A stretch of DNA of 64,000 nucleotides, from contig NIVC01001565.1 in the NCBI GenBank assembly GCA_002269645.1, positions 67,384 to 131,383 on the forward strand. The letters are read 5' to 3'. Positions 55,935 through 64,000 of the stretch are shown piece after piece. How positions within the stretch are numbered: position 1 is the stretch's first letter; each line of letters opens with the position of its first letter. The position numbers were made by a program, and so were the translations under genes. The notes beneath the pieces were generated by a model. That model made no database searches, was not told the origin of the DNA, and was given only the letters and a program-made list of their open reading frames with translations. This stretch comes from Macrostomum lignano (lineage: Eukaryota).

Positions 55935-56778
55935 GGGTGGGTGGGTGCAAGGCAGAGGAATAGGGTGGTGCAAGGCAGAGGAATGGGGTGGGTTGCAAGG
56001 CAGAGGAATGGGGTGGGTTGCAAGGCAGAGGAATGGGGTGGGTGCAAGGCAGAGGAATGGGGTGGATGCAAGGCAGAGGAATGGGGTGGGTGCAAGGCAG
56101 AGGAATGGGGTGGGTGCAAGGCAGAGGAATAGGGTGGGTTGCAAGGCAGAGGAATGGGGTGGGTGCAAGGCAGAGGAATGGGGTGGGTGCAAGGCAGAGG
56201 AATAGGGTGGGTTGCAAGGCAGAGGAATTGGGTGGGTGCAAGGCAGAGGAATAGGGTGGGTTGCAAGGCAGAGGAATGGGGTGGGTGCAAGGCAGAGGAA
56301 TGGGGTGGGTTGCAAGGCAGAGGAATGGGGTGGGTGCAAGGCAGAGGAATAGGGTAGGGTGGGTGCAAGGCAGAGGAATAGGGTGGGTTGCAAGGCAGAG
56401 GAATTGGGTGGGTGCAAGGCAGAGGAATGGGGTGGGTGCAAGGCAGAGGAATGGGGTGGGTGCAAGGCAGAGGAATGGGGTGGGTGCAAGGCAGAGGAAT
56501 GGGGTGGGTGCAAGGCAGAGGAATAGGGTGGGTTGCAAGGCAGAGGAATGGGGTGGGTTGCAAGGCAGAGGAATGGGGTGGGTGCAAGGCAGAGGAATGG
56601 GGTGGGTGCAAGGCAGAGGAATGGGGTGGGTGCAAGGCAGAGGAATGGGGTGGGTGCAAGGCAGAGGAATGGGGTGGGTGCAAGGCAGAGGAATGGAGTG
56701 GGTGCAAGGCAGAGGAATGGAGTGGGTGCAAGGCAGAGGAATGGGGTGGGTGCAAGGCAGAGGAATGGGGTGGGTGCA
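55935..56778. repeat. NCKX intron 5 G-rich minisatellite, 24-25 bp unit GGGTGCAAGGCAGAGGAATGGGGT
   Basis: Tandem units starting right at the 5' splice site. Confidence 0.96.
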
Positions 56779-56850
56779 AGTAAAATTTACAGACTAATCA
56801 TTTGATGTAAAACTCTTTCTAAAAAATTCACGACACCGAAAAATTTTCAG

Positions 56851-56917
56851 CGGCGCAAAGGTGGAGCCAACCGAGATGCAGTCCCAGACGGAGTCTGTTG
56901 GTGATGAGCCGGCAGTG
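56851..56917 (+). CDS. SLC24A: NCKX exon 6 (cytoplasmic loop)
   Basis: ttttcag|C GGC GCA AAG...GCA GTG|GTAAGC. 67 nt bridges phase 2 (exon 5) to phase 0 (exon 7). Confidence 0.7.
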
Positions 56918-57361
56918 GTAAGCCAAATCTGGTTGCAACAAAACAAGCTGATAAATTAGTTTTAAAATTATTCTGCAGCAAAGAACGAAATAAGACTCGC
57001 CCACAAGGGCTTCACTTGGAGAGGGTTGCGTGCAACACGGTTTATCTGCGATGGCTGAACTCCCGGAACAGGTTGAGAACGGAAACGCCACGCCTATAGG
57101 GCATATCAGAGGCTGGGCGGCCGGTATATGGCTTGAGTTCAATTTGATTTGCCGAGTAGGGAAACCTAATGCAACACTTTGCTAATCAAATATTTTGAGG
57201 GAAATAGAATAGACAGCCAGCTAAATCCCAACCGTGGGTTGCTTTTCCTTCAGTTTATGCCGACTCTGAGCTCGTTGGCTTCTGGAGATCGCTCTGAAAA
57301 CTGATTAGCATTTTGTGACCCACTTTCCCCTCTCCTCCTGTCCCCTGTGACCGCAACCCCC

Positions 57362-58116
<755 letters not shown>

Positions 58117-58132
58117 CATTTTTTCACTACAG

Positions 58133-58360
58133 GCGGCCTCAACTCCTCAGTTGCGCCAGAAAGACGCCGCTCATGACAGTGCAGTGTTGACCAGCGGCCG
58201 GAACAGCTTCGCCAGTCTCAGCGAGTCGGACCTGCGCAATTTGAATGGCCAGGCGGTCCAGCTGGACTCGCGCGGACAGTCCAGCACGGACTCGCCCAAT
58301 ACAGTCACCAGCCTGCTGACCAGCCCGGGGGAGCGGGCGAACATCTTCACCATTGAGGAG
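58133..58360 (+). CDS. SLC24A: NCKX exon 7 (cytoplasmic loop)
   Basis: cactacag|GCG...GAG GAG|GTGAGG. 228 nt, phase 0-0, open frame. Confidence 0.8.
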
Positions 58361-58384
58361 GTGAGGCATCGGAGAGTGAGGTGG

Positions 58385-58645
58385 ACACTTGGGTCATAAA
58401 ACTGAACGGGAGATGGCTCATAAAACAGGAAATGAGGTGGCTCATAAAACAGAAAATGAGGTGGCTCATAAAACCGGAAATGAGGTGGCTCATAAAACTG
58501 GAAATGAGGTGGCTCATAAAACCAGAAATGAGGTGGCTCATAAAACCGGAAATGAGGTGGCTCATAAAACCGGAAATGAGGTGGCTCATCAAACCGGAAA
58601 TGAGGTGGCTCATAAAACCGGAAATGAGGTGGCTCATAAAACCGG
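58385..58645. repeat. NCKX intron 7 minisatellite, 24 bp unit GAAATGAGGTGGCTCATAAAACCG
   Basis: Tandem units fill most of the intron. Confidence 0.93.
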
Positions 58646-58683
58646 ATGTGATGCCTTGTGAGCAAAGCAGAATTCAATTTCAG

Positions 58684-59485
58684 GAGCCACGCCGCGAGCC
58701 GCTGACGGAGACGTCCGCAGACGTTGAGGCGGCCGTCGCGGCCGCAGCCGGCGAATCGAATGTCGGCGAGGTCGACGGACAAGGTCGACGGCAGGCAGAC
58801 GGAGAAGAAGCTGAGGCCAAAATCGGCTGCTGCTGCGCCTGCTGCCCGGACATCCGGGGGGCGCCGCCGCGCCGGACAACCGAGATGAGCGCCGGCCAGT
58901 GGCTAGTCTTTGTACTCAAATGGCTAGTCTTTATAGCGGCTTTTCCGTTTCTGTGCGCCTATAGCTGGACGATTCCGGACTGCTCCAAGGCTCACCTGAG
59001 GTGAGAAATTTTTTGCAATTTTCCGCATAAGAAAGCTAATATTGTGTTCAATTAACAGCACTGCTAACCCATTGTGCAGAAAGTACTTCCTAGTCAGCTT
59101 CTTCGTCTCGGTACTGTGGATTGCCGGAATCTCATTCGTCATGGTGACAGTGGTGGCCAAGCTGGGCTGCCTGCTGGGTATCGACACCTTCGTGATGTCC
59201 ATGACTGTGCTGGCTGCCGGGACCAGCATTCCGGTAAGCAGTGAGAAGGCTGTGGGGTGTGCAGTGATAGTAGAAGGCTGCCAAATTAAACAATCGCTAC
59301 TTCACGAACCCAAGGACTTGGTGAGCTCCATCATCGTGGCTCGAGACGGATTCGCGGACATGGCGGTCTCAAACGCCATTGGCTCCAACGTGTTCGACAT
59401 CGACCTGGGCCTCGGGCTGCCCTTTCTTGTCCGGCTCATAGCCAACAGAGCCGAACCGCTGGATGTGTTCAGCGAGCAAGAGAGG
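58684..59485 (+). CDS. SLC24A: NCKX exons 8 (58684-59000), 9 (59080-59233) and 10 (59315-59485), including the alpha-2 repeat
   Basis: PFLCAYSWTIPDCSK..RKYFLVSFFVSVLWIAGISFVMV..VLAAGTSIP|DLVSSIIVARDGFADMAVSNAIGSNVFDI. The Asp in NVFDI corresponds to the residue linked to K+ dependence in NCKX. Confidence 0.94.
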
Positions 59486-59589
59486 GTGAGCTCAGTTATT
59501 GGAATTTTTATACGAGCTAAGTCAGTACTTTCCCTCTAAATCAACGCATCGAATCTATCCTTCCTTGATTCCTCTGTTCCTCGTTCCTA

Positions 59590-59850
59590 TTGGCTGATAG
59601 CGATTTCTATTGGCTGATAAGGACCCACCTAACCGCCACGGTTTGATTTCTACCCCTCCTCGATTTCTATTGGCTGATAAGGACCCACCTAACCGCCACG
59701 GTTTGATTTCTACCCCTCCTCGATTTCTATTGGCTGATAAGGACCCACCTAACCGCCACGGTTTGATTTCTACAACTACTCAATTTCTATTGGCTGATAA
59801 GGATCCAAATAACCGCCACACGGTTTCATTTCTTCCCCTCCTCAATTTCT
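59590..59850. repeat. NCKX intron 10 minisatellite, 60 bp unit x~4
   Basis: Lines 59641 and 59701 are identical. Confidence 0.9.
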
Positions 59851-59899
59851 ATTGGCCAACCGAACGGGACGTCCACCTCACCACTTCTCCAATGTGCAG

Positions 59900-60106
59900 A
59901 AGGACTATTGCGAAGGCCGCATGAAGATGGTTGTCCACGTGAAATTCGGCATCATCCTGATAGTCATCCTTCTAATCACGATCAGCATGATGAGTGCCGC
60001 AAAATTTCGCATTGGCAAGTTGATGGCGGTGGTACTATTCGCGCTGTACTTAGCCTTTCTCGTGTACGCCTTTCTGCAACAGTTTCTCTGCAAGTACACC
60101 TGTTGA
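59900..60106 (+). CDS. SLC24A: NCKX exon 11 (last TMs, stop)
   Basis: KFGIILIVILLITISMMSAAKFRIGKLMAVVLFALYLAFLVYAFL. Stop TGA at 60104-60106, AATAAA at 60115-60120. Confidence 0.9.
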   Translation, partial: KDYCEGRMKMVVHVKFGIILIVILLITISMMSAAKFRIGKLMAVVLFALYLAFLVYAFLQQFLCKYTC

Positions 60107-60844
60107 AAGTTTACAATAAATACAGTACTAATGTTGAAATAAAGGATGAATTTTAATTTACCGATGAAAATTTTGATTTCGTGTCGGAGTAACATGCTGC
60201 TGAAATTGAAAAAACATGCAATGCACTTTTACACTCTTCAAATCGGAATGCGGAATGTACTTTTATGCTCTCTGCATGGGGTAGTCATAAAAGACTTATG
60301 AAATGAGAATTGGGAATGTACTTTTATTAGGAATCAAATGGTAGTGAAATCGATTCATCCTGTAGACAGTTAATTATTTCATTTTACTATTTACTTATCA
60401 GCTCTACATACGCAGTTACTTACATCAGTGCATCAGCTGTTGAGTTACTATTAGTAGTAGTAACCAAGCACCCATAGAGCCATTTTTAGTTTTTTGTGCA
60501 CCTCACGTCTAATTAGTCCATCAGAATTTTTGTTTATTTAAACCCTCTAAAGCGGACAAATTAAATTAATTCAAGTTCGTTTTATTTTGCGGTTTTTGGT
60601 TAAAACCATGCGAACCACAATAATACATGTTGGTTGCGTCTTATCTATTGAAAACAGAAGCTAACACGCCGTATATTCTACTTAAATAGTGTAAGTAGCT
60701 TGAATGCTTGCTACTCATTTTAGTGTTTATTAAAATAAAAAACAGCACACATGTACGCCATACATACTTTAAGTAGCATGCTTTGACTTGCAGAATTAGG
60801 CGAACATTTGTGATACAGCACTTCTGATCTTATGGATCCTTTAG

Positions 60845-62150
60845 GAGACCATAGCACCCTTCGAAGACTATAGCACCTCCAGGAGACCATGACACCCTTC
60901 AGGAGACCATAACACCCTTCAGGAGACCATGACACCCTTCAAGAGACCATGACACCCTTCAAGAGACCATGACACCCTTCAGGAGACCATGACACCTTCA
61001 AGAGACCATGACACCTTCAAGAGACCATGACACCCTTCAGGAGACCATGACATCTTCAGGAGACCATGACATCCTTCAAGAGACCATGACATCTTCAGGA
61101 GACCATGACATCTTCAGGAGACCATGACATCCTTCAAGAGACCATGACATCTTCAGGAGACCATGACACCCTTCAAGAGACCATGACACCCTTCAAGAGA
61201 CCATGACACCCTTCAAGAGATCATGACACCCTTCAGGAGACCATGACATCTTCAGGAGACCATGACACCCTTCAAGAGACCATGACACCCTTCAGGAGAC
61301 CATGACACCCTTCCGGAGACCGTGACACCCTTCAGGAGACCATGACACCCTTCAGAGACCATGACACCCTTCAAGAGACCAGATCACCCTTCAGATACCA
61401 TGACACCATTCAGGATACCATGACACCCTTCAGGAGACCATGACACCCTTCAGGAGACCATGACACCCTTCAGGATACCATGACACCCTTCAGGATACCA
61501 TGACACCATTCAGGATACCATGAAACCCTTCAGGATACCATGACACCCTTCAGGAGACCATGACACCCTTCTGGAGACCATGACACCCTTCAGGATACCA
61601 TGACACCCTTCCGGAGACCGTGACACCCTTCAGGAGACCATGACACCCTTCAGGATACCATGACACCCTTCCGGAGACCGTGACACCCTTCAAGATACCA
61701 TGACACCCTTCAGGAGACCATGACACCCTTCAGGAGACCATGACACCCTTCAGGAGACCGTGACACCCTTCAGGAGACCATGACACCCTTCCGGAGACCG
61801 TGACACCCTTCAGGATACCATGACACCCTTCAGGAGACCATGACACCCTTCAGGATACCATGACACCATTCAGGATACCATGAAACCCTTCAGGAGACCA
61901 TGACACCCTTCAGGAGACCATGACACCCTTCAGGATACCATGACACCCTTCAGGATACCATGACACCATTCAGGATACCATGAAACCCTTCACGATACCA
62001 TGACACCCTTCAGGAGACCATGACACCCTTCAGGAGACCATGACACCCTTCAGGATACCATGACACCCTTCCGGAGACCGTGACACCCTTCAGGATACCA
62101 TGACACCCTTCAGGAGACCATGACACCCTTCAGGAAATTATGACACCTTC
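60845..62150. repeat. Minisatellite, 19-20 bp unit CAGGAGACCATGACACCCTT
   Basis: Tandem units directly visible. Confidence 0.96.
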
Positions 62151-62215
62151 AGAAGGCTATAGTAGCCTTCAGGAGACCAAGTAGTGAAATTTCAGGAACG
62201 CGGAGTTACGCTAGA

Positions 62216-63495
62216 TCAGACATAAGTGCAATTCTGCACGGAAAGCGAAGCCAGAGAGCTCAAAAGTCCATCGTCATCTTCATGCAGACGCTGCGAGTCT
62301 CTGTGCCCCGATGTGCCAGTAGCATTCTCTGAAATTCAATTATTGCCCTATATTACTACTGATAATAATCGAAATTCAGTAGAGTGAATAGAATTTTATT
62401 TTGAAAAAGCACTACCTGATTGGCTGATCGTCGCTTCCTCAAAATTCTGAAGCATAAAATATTAAGACACATCATTCCCTGACACATCATCATTATAACC
62501 AATACGATCGTAAATAATGAGGCACAAGGAAACAAGGAAAACAATCATGAAATCAACCAACCTCCGACGGCTGCCTGCCCGTGTCGGGCGTCAACGCGCT
62601 GTGTACACGTTTGCACTGTCCGAGTCGGGCGAATCTCCCGGACAGCTGCCCCGGACAGTGGCCGGACTGCGGGTTTGCAAAGCGAATAGTTGGGATCTCG
62701 ATTTGGGATTCTGGGGAAGGCCAAGCAGGGGACTATCCATCTAATTAAAGCACCCCCTCTCCTCCTTCCCTGTGACAGCACCCTTCCCCTCTGCTCCTGT
62801 CCCCTGTGACAGCACCCTCTCCTCTCCTCCTGTCCCTGTGACAGCACCCTCCCCTCTCCTCCTGTCCCCTGTGACAGCACCCTCCCTTCACCTCCTGTCC
62901 CCTGTGACAGCACCCTCCCCTCTCCTTCTGTCCCCTGTGACAACACCCTCCCTCTCTCCTCCTGTCCCCTGTGACAGCACCCTCCCCTCTCCTTCTGTCC
63001 CCTGTGACAACACCCTCCCCTCCTCCCTCTCCTGTCTGTGACACACCCTCCCCTCTCCTCCTGTCCCCTGTGACAGCACCCTCACCTCTTGATGCTGTCC
63101 CCTGTGACAGCACCCTTCCCCTCTCCTCCTTCCCTGTGACAGCACCCTTCTCTCCTCCTGTCCCCTGTGACAGCACCCTCCTGCTGGTATCTCATCAGCC
63201 CCCTCACCAGTGGCGGCTTGCACGCTGACAGGACTTCCTCTCCTCGGGGTTGCCTCCTGGCGCACCCGGTTGCCGGGCGGGTTCGCCGGCTCCAGCGCCC
63301 GCGGCCTCTCCGACACCGCAGGCAGGCGATGGCGGCCAGCAGCGGCGCTGAGACGCCTAAGAGCCGTTACCATAGCAACCAATACTACTATACTGGCGTC
63401 CGAAGCGACTGAAGCCACGGCCCAAGAAGACGAAGGAAACTGCCGGGCTGCGGCGCGGCGGCGTCTCAACAATGGTGACCTGCAACAGCGATTGT
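62216..63495 (-). CDS. Putative last three exons of an unidentified gene (63495-63208, 62732-62562, 62328-62216)
   Basis: GT-AG junctions give a stop-free phase 1-1-1 chain ending ...LSSLASLSVQNCTYV*. No recognisable domain. The 5' part would lie beyond the window. Confidence 0.4.
62750..63182. repeat. Minisatellite, ~33 bp unit CCCCTGTGACAGCACCCTCCCCTCTCCTCCTGT
   Basis: Tandem units directly visible. Confidence 0.93.
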
Positions 63496-63534
63496 CTGTG
63501 AGGCGTCATCCACACCGATCCAGCGGGCACTTGA

Positions 63535-64000
63535 GCTCCCATACCCTGACACCTAAGCTCCCATTCCCTGACACCCTAAGCTCCCATACCCTGACACCTA
63601 AGCTCCATACCCTGACACCTAAGCTCCCATTCCCCTGACACCTAAGCCTCCCATTCCCTGACACCTAAGCTCCCATTCCCTGACACCTAAGCCTCCCATT
63701 CCCTGACACCTAAGCTCCCATTCCCTACACCTAAGCTCCCATTCCCTGACACCTAAGCTCCCATTCCCTGACACCTAAGCTCCATTCCCGACACCTAAGC
63801 TCCATAACCCTGACACCTAACTCCCATCCCTCACACCTAAGCTCCCATTCCCTGACACCTAAGCTCCCATTCCCTGACACCTAAGCTCCAATTCCCTGAC
63901 ACCTAAGCTCCCATTCCCCGACCTAAGCTCCCATTCCCTGACACCTAAGCTCCATCCCTGACACCTAAGCTCCCATTCCGACACCTAAGCTCCCATTCCC
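63535..64000. repeat. Minisatellite, 22-23 bp unit CCCTGACACCTAAGCTCCCATT, running off the window
   Basis: Tandem units directly visible. Confidence 0.93.

Overview
Animal (metazoan) nuclear DNA, not prokaryotic. GC-rich, CpG-rich exons with poly-Ala/Gly/Gln runs and introns filled with private 20-65 bp minisatellites suggest the flatworm Macrostomum (inference only). Four spliced genes were reconstructed by hand with phase-consistent GT-AG junctions: a SoxB2-like HMG factor (minus, 2 exons), RPL8 (minus, 3 coding exons), DDX3/PL10 (plus, 4 exons, including a 54-nt first exon missing from the ORF track) and an NCKX/SLC24 K+-dependent Na/Ca exchanger (plus, 11 exons). The 3' end of an unidentified minus-strand gene may also be present. 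Mobile DNA includes an intact 1300-aa Ty3/Gypsy (Mag-like) element with only one LTR yet an apparent 5-bp TSD, decayed hAT and mariner transposases, several hAT-type MITEs with 8-bp TSDs, a foldback element and two tRNA-headed SINEs. Most long ORFs in the track are translations of tandem repeats. The main signal is an ~11 kb sharply bounded domain (~21945-33030, between the RPL8 start codon and DDX3 exon 2) where transposon relics have lost almost all CpG and also show many CpA/TpG->TpA transitions, including CG->TA double hits. That resembles fungal RIP or non-CpG methylation decay rather than ordinary CpG decay. All counts and alignments were made by eye and need computational confirmation.
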